A stretch of 64,000 nucleotides of DNA from an uncultured Fusibacter sp. (GCA_963676315.1 OY781056.1:754779-818778), one strand, 5' to 3'. Counted from the first letter of the stretch, positions 9,396 through 19,393 are shown. A program made the numbers and translations. The notes: a model not told the origin generated them from the letters alone.

Positions 9396-10916
9396 CTAAA
9401 ACGCGTCTAAGATAATGCCATTTAAAAAACTTATCACTGGATTTGGAAAAAGACCAAGTATGACGATAAGAATAGTCAAACCTATAATAGGCAAAAGCAT
9501 TGCCTTTTCAGGATCCAGACTAACCGTCGTCACCTGAAGTTCTGCATCATGTGGATTTACTTCTCTAGAATTGCTTTGTGTATTGGGTTCATCGCCTTTG
9601 TAGTTTTTGAAAAATGCAGTAACCACAATTGGAAGCAGATAACCCGCCGTTAAAAAAGCACTTAGCAATAAAATAAAGATATAACTGAAATTACTACCGT
9701 TCATTGCACCTAAGCCAAGGTACCATTTACTAACAAAGCCATTCGTCGGTGGGATACCCACAAGAGATATTGCAGCTACCGCAAAACAGAGCATCGAAAT
9801 TGGCATTTGCTTTCCTAAACCATCAATCTGATGAATATACTTTTTCCCAGTTTTCAAAGTAATCGCGCCAACTATGAAAAAAAGTGTGATTTTTATAAGG
9901 GCATGATTAATCATATGAAGCATTGCCCCACTTAGACCATTTGGATTCAGCATCAAGATGCCGAGAAGCATATAACCAAGTTGTGAAATCGTAGAATATG
10001 CCAGTCTCTTTTTCAAGTGATCCTGGTGAAGTGCTAAAAACGACCCCATAACTATGGTAAGCACAACAAATGGCATTAAGTATTTTGGTGCATCGAGAGC
10101 TCTAACTGCAGTTGCACCAAATATAAAATAAGTCATCCTGATTAAGGAAAAAACACCACTTTTGACGACAGCAACCGCATGAAGTAAAGCACTCACTGGT
10201 GTCGGTGCGACCATTGCATCAGGTAACCAAGAATGAAAAGGTACAAGTGCTGCTTTAACGCCAAATCCTAAAAACATAACAATATAACTCAGCAATAAAA
10301 TACTGTAATTGTTTGAGTCGATTTGCGTCAAAATACCTCTAGGTGAAAACGCCATTGTACCCGTTACTGAATATAGAAGCATCATGCCAAACAAGATAAG
10401 CGTGGCGCCACTAAACGAATAGATGATGTATTTCTTCCCGCTTGAAAGTGCTTGTTCTGTACCGTTGTACATCACAAGTGGTAGCGTGGATAAAGTTAAT
10501 AACTCATAATACACATATAGCGTAAATAAATTCCCTGAAAAGGCAATTCCCAAAACAATCCCCAGTGTCAATGTAAAGAATGAATAAAACTGTCTAAGCC
10601 TTTTTTTGTTTTTCATATAACCAAAAGCATAGAAAGCAGTCAACACCCATAAAAATGAAGCCATTAACGTAAACAATCTGCTCAATTGATCAATTCTGAT
10701 ATATAAATCTAAGAAATTATTTACTTTTAATAGATGTAACTGTGTAAGGGAATTTTGATAGATTGAACACCAAGCTAAAATCGCGTTCAATAGGACTGTG
10801 ACAGCTACGACTTTTGTAATTTGCGATTCCTTAATTAACCGATTATTAGATATTAAAAGTGCACTAAATATAGGAACAATTAAGGGCAATACCAATAGAA
10901 CTTTTTCCATTATCAT
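9396..10916 (-). CDS. mrpD: Proton-conducting membrane subunit (MrpD-like)
   Basis: PFHSWLPDAMVAPTPVSALLHA and LKKRLAYSTISQLGY. Confidence 0.85.
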   Translation of the reverse strand: MIMEKVLLVLPLIVPIFSALLISNNRLIKESQITKVVAVTVLLNAILAWCSIYQNSLTQLHLLKVNNFLDLYIRIDQLSRLFTLMASFLWVLTAFYAFGYMKNKKRLRQFYSFFTLTLGIVLGIAFSGNLFTLYVYYELLTLSTLPLVMYNGTEQALSSGKKYIIYSFSGATLILFGMMLLYSVTGTMAFSPRGILTQIDSNNYSILLLSYIVMFLGFGVKAALVPFHSWLPDAMVAPTPVSALLHAVAVVKSGVFSLIRMTYFIFGATAVRALDAPKYLMPFVVLTIVMGSFLALHQDHLKKRLAYSTISQLGYMLLGILMLNPNGLSGAMLHMINHALIKITLFFIVGAITLKTGKKYIHQIDGLGKQMPISMLCFAVAAISLVGIPPTNGFVSKWYLGLGAMNGSNFSYIFILLLSAFLTAGYLLPIVVTAFFKNYKGDEPNTQSNSREVNPHDAELQVTTVSLDPEKAMLLPIIGLTILIVILGLFPNPVISFLNGIILDAF

Positions 10917-10971
10917 CTCTCCATTTTCATTGGATTATTATGGCAATTGCATAGTAAATTATAAGATTTTC

Positions 10972-12465
10972 TTAGTTAAAATAGATACCGCGATCGATAA
11001 AGTCAATGATTGTTCCAGACATAAATCCAATTAAAATCATAATGATTGACAGGATAATCAGTGGTAAGAGCGTCTTGATTGGCTTACTCTTAGATTTGAA
11101 AACTTTTCCATCCAAATTGTCTTCACCGAAATACCCATTGATGATAATCGGAAAATAATAAGAAGCATTGAGCAAACTACTCGCAAGCAATATAGCTAGT
11201 AAATAAATCCGTCCGCTTTCAATCGCTGCCATCGAAAGATTCCACTTACTGATAAATCCTGGCAAAACAGGTATACCAATCATGGATAATCCACAGAGCG
11301 TAAAGATACCTAGTGTTACGGGCATTTCTTTACCAATCCCTTTGAAATCGTCTATCTTCTTTTTACCTGTTTGTTCAATAAAAGAACCTGCTGCTAAAAA
11401 TAAATTGGATTTAGTCACACCATGGGCAACCATATGATAGATTGCCATAGCAAGCCCTAAGCGATTACCAAGGCCGATACCAAAGAAAATATAACCCATT
11501 TGTGATACGCTCGAATAAGCAATCATGCGTTTCAGTTCTGTTTGAGATCGTGCTAAAAGCGAGCCTGCAATCATTCCAAGTGAACCAAAAACAAGCAACA
11601 GGTTTAGCACAACTGTGCCACTTAATATTTCGAATCCAAATACGAGGTAATAAATTTTGATTAAAAAAATGATTGGCGCTTTGATCACTAGTGCTGAAAG
11701 AATTGCACTAGAAGGCGAAGGTGCGGATGAATGCGCATCTGGTAACCAAATATGAATTGGAAACATAGCACCTTTGATGCCTAAACCTACAGTAAACAAG
11801 ATTAAACTTATCAAAATGGTGTTCTCATTCCCAACTACGTTGGTCGATAAAACGGTTTGGATGTATGCCATACTCAGATGCCCTGACATAGAATACACAA
11901 GTGCAATGCCCATCAGTACAAGACCAGAACCGAGTGTACTCAATATTAAGTATTTAAGTGTCGCTTTGACATTTTCTTTTTTATCTTTGATGATTATAAT
12001 ACCGCAAGCGGCCAATGTGCTCACTTCAATAAATACATAACCGTTGAATAAATCATAAGTGTAGACAATGCCTAGAAGTGATGCCAAAAGTAAAGATATC
12101 AATGTATAAAAAAAGCCTGTCTTACGACTGGGTATTTCCTTTTCCAGTCCATAATATGAATACCATGCAATCATCAACATCACAAAAGCAAATAAAAGGC
12201 CAATGACTGCTTCAATTTCTCCAATTCTAAAAGTAATGCCAAACGGCGCTTTGAAATGTCCAATTACCATGACGTATGCGCCATGAAGTGAGACAAAACT
12301 CAAATTAATGATATTTAAAATAACGACAAGGCTATTAATTGACATAAACAAAATATAACTCATTTTCTTATTCTTAATGAGTGGCATAATAAAGGCAGCC
12401 ACCATAAGCCCCATAATCGTTAAAAGTGGAATGAGTTTAATTAGACTATCATTCATTAATTTCAC
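10972..12465 (-). CDS. mrpD: Proton-conducting membrane subunit (MrpD-like)
   Basis: YDLFNGYVFIEV, FPIHIWLPDAHSSAPSP and LKRMIAYSSVSQMGY. Confidence 0.88.
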   Translation of the reverse strand: MKLMNDSLIKLIPLLTIMGLMVAAFIMPLIKNKKMSYILFMSINSLVVILNIINLSFVSLHGAYVMVIGHFKAPFGITFRIGEIEAVIGLLFAFVMLMIAWYSYYGLEKEIPSRKTGFFYTLISLLLASLLGIVYTYDLFNGYVFIEVSTLAACGIIIIKDKKENVKATLKYLILSTLGSGLVLMGIALVYSMSGHLSMAYIQTVLSTNVVGNENTILISLILFTVGLGIKGAMFPIHIWLPDAHSSAPSPSSAILSALVIKAPIIFLIKIYYLVFGFEILSGTVVLNLLLVFGSLGMIAGSLLARSQTELKRMIAYSSVSQMGYIFFGIGLGNRLGLAMAIYHMVAHGVTKSNLFLAAGSFIEQTGKKKIDDFKGIGKEMPVTLGIFTLCGLSMIGIPVLPGFISKWNLSMAAIESGRIYLLAILLASSLLNASYYFPIIINGYFGEDNLDGKVFKSKSKPIKTLLPLIILSIIMILIGFMSGTIIDFIDRGIYFN

Positions 12466-12868
12466 CTCTTATCGCTTTGATTTCATCTAGTTCAATGGTG
12501 CCATAGTAAGCGTGGTACTTAATCGTAAGGGCAAGCATACAAGCTGTTACACTTACAGCTACTACGATCCCTGTAAGCATTAAAGATGAGGGTATAGGAT
12601 TGATATAGCCTGTTGTACTCATTTTACCGCCAACTATTATAGGTGCCTCCTTACCATCAATGTTCCCTAACGTAATAAACAAAAGAAATATTGACGTGTC
12701 CATGATATTCATGCCTATGATTTTCTTTATCAAGTTGTTGTTGAGTAAAAGTATCATGAAACCGATACCGAATAAGATGATTGCTCCTACCTGAATATAA
12801 TTAGTCCCTAACATCGCCATGAGCTGTATCTCCTTCTTCAAATAGAGTTGCAATGACATAAAAAGCAA
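12449..12868 (-). CDS. mrpC: MrpC/MnhC subunit (true start probably near 12820)
   Basis: NLIKKIIGMNI...NPIPSSLMLTGIVVAVS. Confidence 0.9.
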   Translation of the reverse strand: MLFMSLQLYLKKEIQLMAMLGTNYIQVGAIILFGIGFMILLLNNNLIKKIIGMNIMDTSIFLLFITLGNIDGKEAPIIVGGKMSTTGYINPIPSSLMLTGIVVAVSVTACMLALTIKYHAYYGTIELDEIKAIRGEINE

Positions 12869-13274
12869 TTGCCACTACTGCTCCGATTAAGATATTCAGT
12901 GGTAATATAAAACCACCACTTATCAAAGTTGCAGGAACGCCAGTACCAATTAAAGTGTGGCCACCAAAAAATGCCCCAATAAAGACAGAACCTTTGATGA
13001 TACCATAGAGAATCAGTGCAATACTTACTATTTTCAACAAATTGCTTTTATTATATTTTGCATCAGTTTTTACAGGACCGTTTAAATAGCGATAGATAAT
13101 CATACTTGCACCTAAGATACTTCCACCTGCAAATCCACCACCTGGAGAAAGATGTCCATATAAAACCACATAGATGCCAAACACTTGAATAAAAGGTAAC
13201 AGCAATTTGATGATATTTGATATAATACTACTTTTCATCTCCTGATCCCCTTTCCTTGATAACAACCCTGACAA
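12801..13274 (-). CDS. mrpB: MrpB/MnhB subunit (true start probably near 13238)
   Basis: GHLSPGGGFAGG motif. Confidence 0.9.
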   Translation of the reverse strand: MSGLLSRKGDQEMKSSIISNIIKLLLPFIQVFGIYVVLYGHLSPGGGFAGGSILGASMIIYRYLNGPVKTDAKYNKSNLLKIVSIALILYGIIKGSVFIGAFFGGHTLIGTGVPATLISGGFILPLNILIGAVVAIAFYVIATLFEEGDTAHGDVRD

Positions 13275-13515
13275 AGATGAGCGCTGTGAAGATCACTGAG
13301 GCTTCTATAAACGTATCAAAAGCCCGATAATCTAAGATAACTGCCGATACAATATTGATTGCGCCTGTATCTTTTATTGCATCTTGAATATATTTGTCCA
13401 TGACTTCGTTATGCGTGATAGGATCATCCGAGCCTAGTTCTGGCATCTCTACCACTGCCATCAAGAGAAATCCTATGAATAACACTGTAACCACAATAGC
13501 CGTTAACTGTTTCAT
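13228..13515 (-). CDS. MrpB-associated small subunit (MbhE-like)
   Basis: TGAINIVSAVILDYRAFDTFIE motif. Confidence 0.8.
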   Translation of the reverse strand: MKQLTAIVVTVLFIGFLLMAVVEMPELGSDDPITHNEVMDKYIQDAIKDTGAINIVSAVILDYRAFDTFIEASVIFTALIFVRVVIKERGSGDEK

Positions 13516-13757
13516 TTTTTAACCACCTTGATCTTTCTATAGGTTACCAAAAACAATATAGAAGTAATCCCTGTTCCAACAGATACTTCCGTGATGGCCA
13601 AATCTGGTGCATTTAATTGCTGCCATAGGATAGACATCATCATCGTATACACCATGAAAATGATGATGGCACTTAGTAAGTTCTTTGTTTTAGCAGCTGC
13701 AATAGAACCGATGATCATGATGATCAGCACAATAACTATAAACACCTTCATCATCAT
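13512..13757 (-). CDS. Small Mrp/Mbh subunit (DUF4040/MbhD-like)
   Basis: LNAPDLAITEVSVGTG motif. Confidence 0.8.
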   Translation of the reverse strand: MMMKVFIVIVLIIMIIGSIAAAKTKNLLSAIIIFMVYTMMMSILWQQLNAPDLAITEVSVGTGITSILFLVTYRKIKVVKK

Positions 13758-14050
13758 TCCTCCTTAAATCCTTTATTGTAAATTGCTTTGGCAATCATAT
13801 GCGTTGCAGTTGGATTAGCCGTCCATAAGAAACATACAATCAATATGAGTTTGATCGTCACTGGGCTAAACCCTGCTTGTAAAACCAAGCCCAATATACA
13901 TAAGACCGCTCCAAGCGTATCCGCTTTTGCAGCGCCATGTGCTCTTGTTAAAGCATCTGGAAATCTCAAGATGCCTACAGTCCCTACGAAAAAGAAGAAG
14001 AGTCCAAATACAATTAAGAATTTCGAAATCAAATCAATCATTGTTTGCAC
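13754..14050 (-). CDS. mrpG: MrpG/MnhG subunit
   Basis: GILRFPDALTRAHGAAKADTLG and NPTATH. Confidence 0.9.
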   Translation of the reverse strand: MQTMIDLISKFLIVFGLFFFFVGTVGILRFPDALTRAHGAAKADTLGAVLCILGLVLQAGFSPVTIKLILIVCFLWTANPTATHMIAKAIYNKGFKEE

Positions 14051-14309
14051 CTCCTGAAATTTCTCTCGAAATCATATAAGAACCTATAAAACTAATAAGT
14101 GCATATACTATAACTACATCTATGAAGTAAGTTTCCTTTAAGATAAATGAAACCATGGCAATTATAACCATCGTTTTGGTACCAATCACGTTGATGCCTA
14201 TAATTCTATCTCCTTTTGTCGGGCCTTTTATAACCCGGATCATACAAAGTAAAACTGTAATGCCTAAAAAAATGATAGCAAAAGTTAAAAATCTATCCAT
14301 TATATTCAC
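14034..14309 (-). CDS. mrpF: MrpF/MnhF subunit
   Basis: RVIKGPTKGDRIIGINVIG and IDVVIVYALISF. Confidence 0.9.
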   Translation of the reverse strand: MNIMDRFLTFAIIFLGITVLLCMIRVIKGPTKGDRIIGINVIGTKTMVIIAMVSFILKETYFIDVVIVYALISFIGSYMISREISGGANND

Positions 14310-14778
14310 CTTCTATCTTAAAGAGTAGTTTTTCAAGCACCATTACATTTAAACTATCCGCATAGTTCTTATTCAAACAATGAATTTTCAACAGATTATT
14401 ACTGATATCCACTGACATCGTTCCAGGTGTCAGGGTGATCACATTTGCAAGAATTGTTAATAACCAGTTGTTTTTAATTCTACTCTCATACATGACAATT
14501 TGAGGTTCTAGTTTCATATCGACAGATAAGGCTATTTTTGCCACTTGAAAATTGGCTTTGACGATTTCAATAAAGAGCATTATCAAGAATATAAACCATG
14601 TCGTAATTGTTCTTAGGTTGATTAATTTAGCCAGTTCACCACTATTCTTGTTGAGACTATAGACGATGAGGCCCACAACTATTGAAACAGCAATATTTAC
14701 AATGGTTATCTTTTCACTTAGCGCTAAAAAAAATGAAATATATATTCCAATGGATAAAAGAGTTTTTTTCATCATCAC
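14293..14778 (-). CDS. mrpE: MrpE/MnhE subunit
   Basis: LANVITLTPGTMSVD...LKIHCL. Confidence 0.9.
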   Translation of the reverse strand: MMMKKTLLSIGIYISFFLALSEKITIVNIAVSIVVGLIVYSLNKNSGELAKLINLRTITTWFIFLIMLFIEIVKANFQVAKIALSVDMKLEPQIVMYESRIKNNWLLTILANVITLTPGTMSVDISNNLLKIHCLNKNYADSLNVMVLEKLLFKIEGEYNG

Positions 14779-14796
14779 ACCTCCATAATCTATATA

Positions 14797-14812
14797 TGCA
14801 ATTAACTAGCCA
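14797..14812 (-). promoter_or_regulatory. Sigma-54 (-24/-12) promoter of the Mrp-type operon
   Basis: Minus strand reads TGGCTAGTTAATTGCA (GG-N10-GC), just upstream of the mrpE RBS GGAGG. Confidence 0.8.
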
Positions 14813-14960
14813 GTTTATATTTTTTTTTATAATTTTACTCAATAAATATATACAAACCTTCAAATAACTCATGTTTACAAATAAAAATAAATTTTTGTGA
14901 TAATTTATGCAATAAAAAACACTCACTCATTTAATGAATTTTCGTCATCAAAAAAGCAAG

Positions 14961-15042
14961 TGTTCCATTATGAACCACTTTGTGTCGTAAAAAAAGCTTT
15001 AAATGCACCATATCGGTACATATGTACCGATATGGTGCATTT
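14961..15042. promoter_or_regulatory. Probable enhancer (UAS) sites for the adjacent sigma-54 activator, including a 42-bp perfect palindrome
   Basis: AAATGCACCATATCGGTACAT|ATGTACCGATATGGTGCATTT at 15001-15042; related site TGTTCCATTATGAACCA at 14961-14977. Confidence 0.6.
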
Positions 15043-15043
15043 T

Positions 15044-17017
15044 TTAAGAAATATCGTATTTCTCCATTTTTCTGTAAAGTGTAGTTCTCCCAATTTCTAG
15101 CATTTTGGCTGCTTGAACGACATTGTGATCAGATATATTCAAAGCATTAATAATTGCTTCTTTTTCAATTAGATTAAGCGGTCTAACCAATTGATCATCT
15201 TGATCATTTGATGTAGTAACTCCGACTTTTTCTTTGATATAATCAGGAATTTGTTGACTCGTAAGTCTCTTTTTATCAGGGCTTAAGTTCGTAATCATCT
15301 GCATAACATTTTGTAGTTCTCTTACATTTCCAGGCCATGAAAATTGTGACATCACTTTATAAAAATTCTCATCTATTGGCACTTTTAATTTTTCGTTTTT
15401 AGTGAACTGCAGGTAAAAATAATCGATCATCACCCTTATATCTTCTTTGCGATCCCTAAGAGATGGCGTTGAAATAGGCATCACATTGAGACGATAGAAC
15501 AAATCACTTCTAAAATTCCCCTTCCTTACCTCTTCCACAAGATCTTTATGTGTCGCAGCAATCACTCTAACATCTACAGGTATAACTTCATTGCCACCCA
15601 CTCTTACAACTTCTTTGGTTTCAAGCACCCTAAGCAAATTAGCTTGTGTATCTAGAGGCATATCACCAATCTCATCTAAAAATAGCGTTCCACCATCAGC
15701 CAGCTCAAACTTACCTGGGTTCCCACCTTTCCTAGCGCCTGTAAAAGCACCTTCTTCGTAACCAAAAAGTTCACTGGCCACCAAGTCCCTTGGAATTGCG
15801 CCACAATTGATAAAAACAAACGAATTATTTTTTCTTGGAGATTCGTTATGAATTCCTTGCGCAAACAATTCCTTACCCGTTCCACTTTCACCGTTAAGAA
15901 GGATAGTAGCATCCGTCATAGATACCGTTTTGGCCAATCTCACGGCGTCTTTAATCAATTTGCTTGATCCAATGATATCCTCAAATGTATAGATTGCCTT
16001 AGAACCAAATAATTTATTGACTTGCGAATAGACGTTCTTCGTTTCTCTAAATGTAATAAGATACTCTCTTAAATTGTCATCTTTATAATGAATCGGCTTA
16101 AAAGAAAATAAAATCGTTCTTTTCCGTCCTCTAACACTGAACTGAACTTCCTTCTCCTCAGAGGCAGAAATCTCATTGCGTATCATATGCATAATGGGTT
16201 TGCCTGTAATTTCGTCAATGTTTTTTCCGAAAAGCTCAGAAAATTGTCTCTTGAGTATTTTAAGCGCCGAACGATTGACATCGGTAATTACACCTTCATG
16301 TGTAATGGTCAATATCCCTTCGACAATGGTTTGCATCATTGCATCTAAATGATTGATCATTCTTTTTAGCTCATCATTGGTTTTAATCAATTTTATCTCA
16401 TGTTCAATGGCGAGAGCAGATGCCAAAATCATCCCCAAAGTATGGGGATGGACGATATCGTTTTTTTCTGAAATACTAAGTACTGCTAGAAGGTTGCCCT
16501 CCTCATCTTTGATTGGAGCTGCTGATGTTGTGATGCTATGGAACATCTTGCTATAATGTTCTGGACCACTAACCTGATAAGGCATCCCCCTTTTAATGAC
16601 GATGCCGATAGCGTTTGTACCCACTTCTTCTTCAGAAACATTGATGCCTTCATATCGGTCCCGTTCAGCATATACAACTTCGTCTCCTAGATATGCAAGA
16701 ACATATCCTTGTGCATCTGTGAATCTCACTTCCATGCCACTATCACCAATATCTTTATAAATGGTTTCCATAAATGGAAATGCTATTTTTAAAAAAGGTT
16801 CAAATGCCTTTTGCCTTTGCTCAAGGGCAATTTTATCAATTTTTGTTTTTACTACTTCATTAAAAGGATCGATTCCATAAGCACTACTACGTATCCAAGA
16901 ATCGGCTATTCCTTTGCGGACAAAAGAAGCGTCAATTTCACCTTTTGTGACAAACCGCTCCCATATCTTGAAAAGTTTAGTTCTCGCTTGAATCGTTCTG
17001 ATTGTTGGCAAAGTCAT
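15044..17017 (-). CDS. Sigma-54-dependent transcriptional activator (AcoR-like GAF-PAS-AAA+-HTH)
   Basis: GESGTGKELFA, GAFTGA, LFLDEIGD, FRSDLFYRLNV, WPGNVREL and a C-terminal Fis-type HTH. Confidence 0.95.
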   Translation of the reverse strand: MTLPTIRTIQARTKLFKIWERFVTKGEIDASFVRKGIADSWIRSSAYGIDPFNEVVKTKIDKIALEQRQKAFEPFLKIAFPFMETIYKDIGDSGMEVRFTDAQGYVLAYLGDEVVYAERDRYEGINVSEEEVGTNAIGIVIKRGMPYQVSGPEHYSKMFHSITTSAAPIKDEEGNLLAVLSISEKNDIVHPHTLGMILASALAIEHEIKLIKTNDELKRMINHLDAMMQTIVEGILTITHEGVITDVNRSALKILKRQFSELFGKNIDEITGKPIMHMIRNEISASEEKEVQFSVRGRKRTILFSFKPIHYKDDNLREYLITFRETKNVYSQVNKLFGSKAIYTFEDIIGSSKLIKDAVRLAKTVSMTDATILLNGESGTGKELFAQGIHNESPRKNNSFVFINCGAIPRDLVASELFGYEEGAFTGARKGGNPGKFELADGGTLFLDEIGDMPLDTQANLLRVLETKEVVRVGGNEVIPVDVRVIAATHKDLVEEVRKGNFRSDLFYRLNVMPISTPSLRDRKEDIRVMIDYFYLQFTKNEKLKVPIDENFYKVMSQFSWPGNVRELQNVMQMITNLSPDKKRLTSQQIPDYIKEKVGVTTSNDQDDQLVRPLNLIEKEAIINALNISDHNVVQAAKMLEIGRTTLYRKMEKYDIS

Positions 17018-17101
17018 TCCTCCTTAGTTTACCGATACTTTTCATCTTTATTAATCGTAATATGATTGGATTTTTTAGTCAACCTAATCATTATTGTATT
17101 T

Positions 17102-17626
17102 TTATTCTCCACTAAAACGCTTCGCCCATTCAGCAACTCTACGACTACTTTCTTCTTCTGACAAATCTTCAACTCTAGTCATTATTGACCACCTTACCCC
17201 ATATGGATCTAATATACTGCCAAATCGGTCACCAGAAACGAAACTCGTTATAGGTTCTCTTATTTTGGCACCATTTACGACTGCAACTTCAACCGTTTGA
17301 TCTGCATTTAAAACGTAAATCGCTAACGAATAACACGCATTGTCTTCATCAGGTGGTAAAACCAATTTATAATCTGGATTTGCAGCTCCAAGCTGTAAAA
17401 AACCATTTCCAAAATCTAATTCCGCATGAACTATAATTTTATTGCCATTTCCATCAGGAAATTCAGTAACATCCTTAACCCTTGCACCAAAAACGGTTTT
17501 ATAAAAAGCAATTGCTTCAGATGGATTTTTCACAACTATAAATGGCGTAATGGTTGTAAAACCATTTGGAGTTCCATTCTTTGTATATTTACCCGAGATG
17601 CCTATATTTCCGTTATTTTCTTCCAT
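17102..17626 (-). CDS. VOC/glyoxalase family protein
   Basis: AIAFYKTVFGA...HAELDFG...GDRFGSILDPYGVRWSI. Confidence 0.88.
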   Translation of the reverse strand: MEENNGNIGISGKYTKNGTPNGFTTITPFIVVKNPSEAIAFYKTVFGARVKDVTEFPDGNGNKIIVHAELDFGNGFLQLGAANPDYKLVLPPDEDNACYSLAIYVLNADQTVEVAVVNGAKIREPITSFVSGDRFGSILDPYGVRWSIMTRVEDLSEEESSRRVAEWAKRFSGE

Positions 17627-17669
17627 TTTTATCCTCCATTAATCAATTTAAATAAAATGCATAATAACT

Positions 17670-18326
17670 TCACTGTCTTGAATTCATCAACTCGTAGAAA
17701 TATTTGCCCTCATGTGTTTTATTTAGATTATACCATGCCTCTAATGTTTTTGAAGAAAATACCTCTAATGCTTTCAAGACTTGTACTGTAAATTCAAGTG
17801 GTGCTATTCCAGAAGCTGTAATTAATTTTTGATCCGTTACTGCAGACGCTGTTTTATAATACTTCTCACCTGTATAAGTGGGACAAACCATCTTAAGATA
17901 ATCTAGATCATTACTTGTATGCAATCGAGAATTAAGAAGTCCACTTTGAACTAGCCCAATCGTAGCGCCACAAATTGCTGCAACCCATATACCTTCATGT
18001 AAACATCTCTGGGCGATTTCTAAGATAGGTTGATGAACTGATTCTGTCCAAGTGTTACCACCCGGTAAAATCAATGCATCTGTACTTTCAATAATAATTT
18101 CATCCAGTTTGATATCAGGTTGTATTTTTAGTCCACCCATTGTAGTTATAGCTGTCTTTTCAATTCCCACAGTCACAACTTTTGTAGGGTTAAGTCCCTT
18201 TTTATAGTATCTTCCCGAATTTAACTCGGCAGTTAAGTAACCTATTTCCCAGTCTGACATGGTGTCAAACACATAAAGATAAACTGAATTATTCATTTGT
18301 AAGTTCTCCTGATTTTTATTCATCAA
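17670..18326 (-). CDS. DJ-1/PfpI family protein
   Basis: DALILPGG, VAAICGAT nucleophile elbow, LITASG. Confidence 0.9.
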   Translation of the reverse strand: MMNKNQENLQMNNSVYLYVFDTMSDWEIGYLTAELNSGRYYKKGLNPTKVVTVGIEKTAITTMGGLKIQPDIKLDEIIIESTDALILPGGNTWTESVHQPILEIAQRCLHEGIWVAAICGATIGLVQSGLLNSRLHTSNDLDYLKMVCPTYTGEKYYKTASAVTDQKLITASGIAPLEFTVQVLKALEVFSSKTLEAWYNLNKTHEGKYFYELMNSRQ

Positions 18327-18361
18327 GTGATACCCCTAAGTGATAATCAATGACTACCTTC

Positions 18362-18404
18362 ATTATAAAACAACTTCACTGACATCTACTGTCAGTGAAG
18401 TTGT
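18362..18404 (-). promoter_or_regulatory. 15-bp-arm perfect inverted repeat overlapping the -35 position of a TATAAT promoter; probable WYL-regulator site
   Basis: ACAACTTCACTGACA-N5-TGTCAGTGAAGTTGT at 18370-18404; TATAAT on the minus strand at 18362-18367. Confidence 0.65.
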
Positions 18405-18430
18405 AAAAGTTGTGAGAATTATTATATTGA

Positions 18431-19393
18431 TTAAAGCATGTAATATTTCATTAATTCTGAAGTAACAAAAACAAGCTTTTCCTTCAAACTCTGTGGTTCA
18501 ATTACTTGGATAGCTTTCCCATAGGATAGAAGAAAATATGGAACATAAAGATGCAATGCTTCTTCTTCAAGTAAAAATACTGCTTGATCAGATGTCCGCT
18601 CTTTCAGATGATGTCCTAAAAACCAATGTAGACATAAGTCATCTAAAGCTTCTGCTCTTCCGCTAATTACCAATGAGACTAAACCCTCTCTTCCCACTAA
18701 ATCAGGTAAAAGATTTTGCATGAAAAAATCACGGGCTGAAAAATCTTCTGGCCGTTTAAACGATTTTGGGGTACGGTTTATTTGAATAATACGTTCAATA
18801 CGAAAACTGCGAATTTCATTTCTTAGATGACAAAACGCAACCGTATACCATTTATTGTTCCAGAAGATCATGCCATAAGGGTCTATCATTCGACGCTTAG
18901 CCTTAACCTCACGACCAGAGCGATAATCAATTTCAATAGACATTTCATCTGCAATAGTCTGTTCAAGTTCTGTCAATAACGGCTGAATAGAAGGCGCGCC
19001 CCTACGATTGATCACTTCAAAACCAGCTAAATGGCGACTGAGGACGTCCTCATGTTCTTGACTAGAATACAATCTAAGCTTTGAAGTTGCATGATCTAAC
19101 GCTTCATTAAAAGGATAACCAGCTTCTTTTGCAAATACGGCTGCATGTAGAAGTGCTTTTTTTTCTTCTATATCAAATATCAATGGTGCTTTAATTAAAT
19201 TACTTTGCAAGCTATATCCGCCATTGTGACCTGCATCTGAAATTATAGGTATGCCACTAGCACTTAATGCATCAATATATCGATAAACCGTCCGAATATT
19301 TATTTCTAATTTCTCGGCGATTTGTTTCGCAGTCACTTTTGCACCTGAATTCAGCATCCACAGTATTGCCAACATATTGTCGTTTTTTGCCAT
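18431..19393 (-). CDS. YafY-family HTH-WYL transcriptional regulator
   Basis: HTH IAEKLEINIRTVYRYIDAL; WYL core DPYGMIFWNNKWYTVAFCHLRNEIRSFRIERI. Confidence 0.93.
   Translation of the reverse strand: MAKNDNMLAILWMLNSGAKVTAKQIAEKLEINIRTVYRYIDALSASGIPIISDAGHNGGYSLQSNLIKAPLIFDIEEKKALLHAAVFAKEAGYPFNEALDHATSKLRLYSSQEHEDVLSRHLAGFEVINRRGAPSIQPLLTELEQTIADEMSIEIDYRSGREVKAKRRMIDPYGMIFWNNKWYTVAFCHLRNEIRSFRIERIIQINRTPKSFKRPEDFSARDFFMQNLLPDLVGREGLVSLVISGRAEALDDLCLHWFLGHHLKERTSDQAVFLLEEEALHLYVPYFLLSYGKAIQVIEPQSLKEKLVFVTSELMKYYML

Noticed and set aside
7295-14778. Complex I or a membrane-bound hydrogenase (Ech/Mbh/Hyf)
   Set aside because: No NuoB/C/D/H/I, Fe-S or [NiFe] subunits are present; only antiporter-type subunits.
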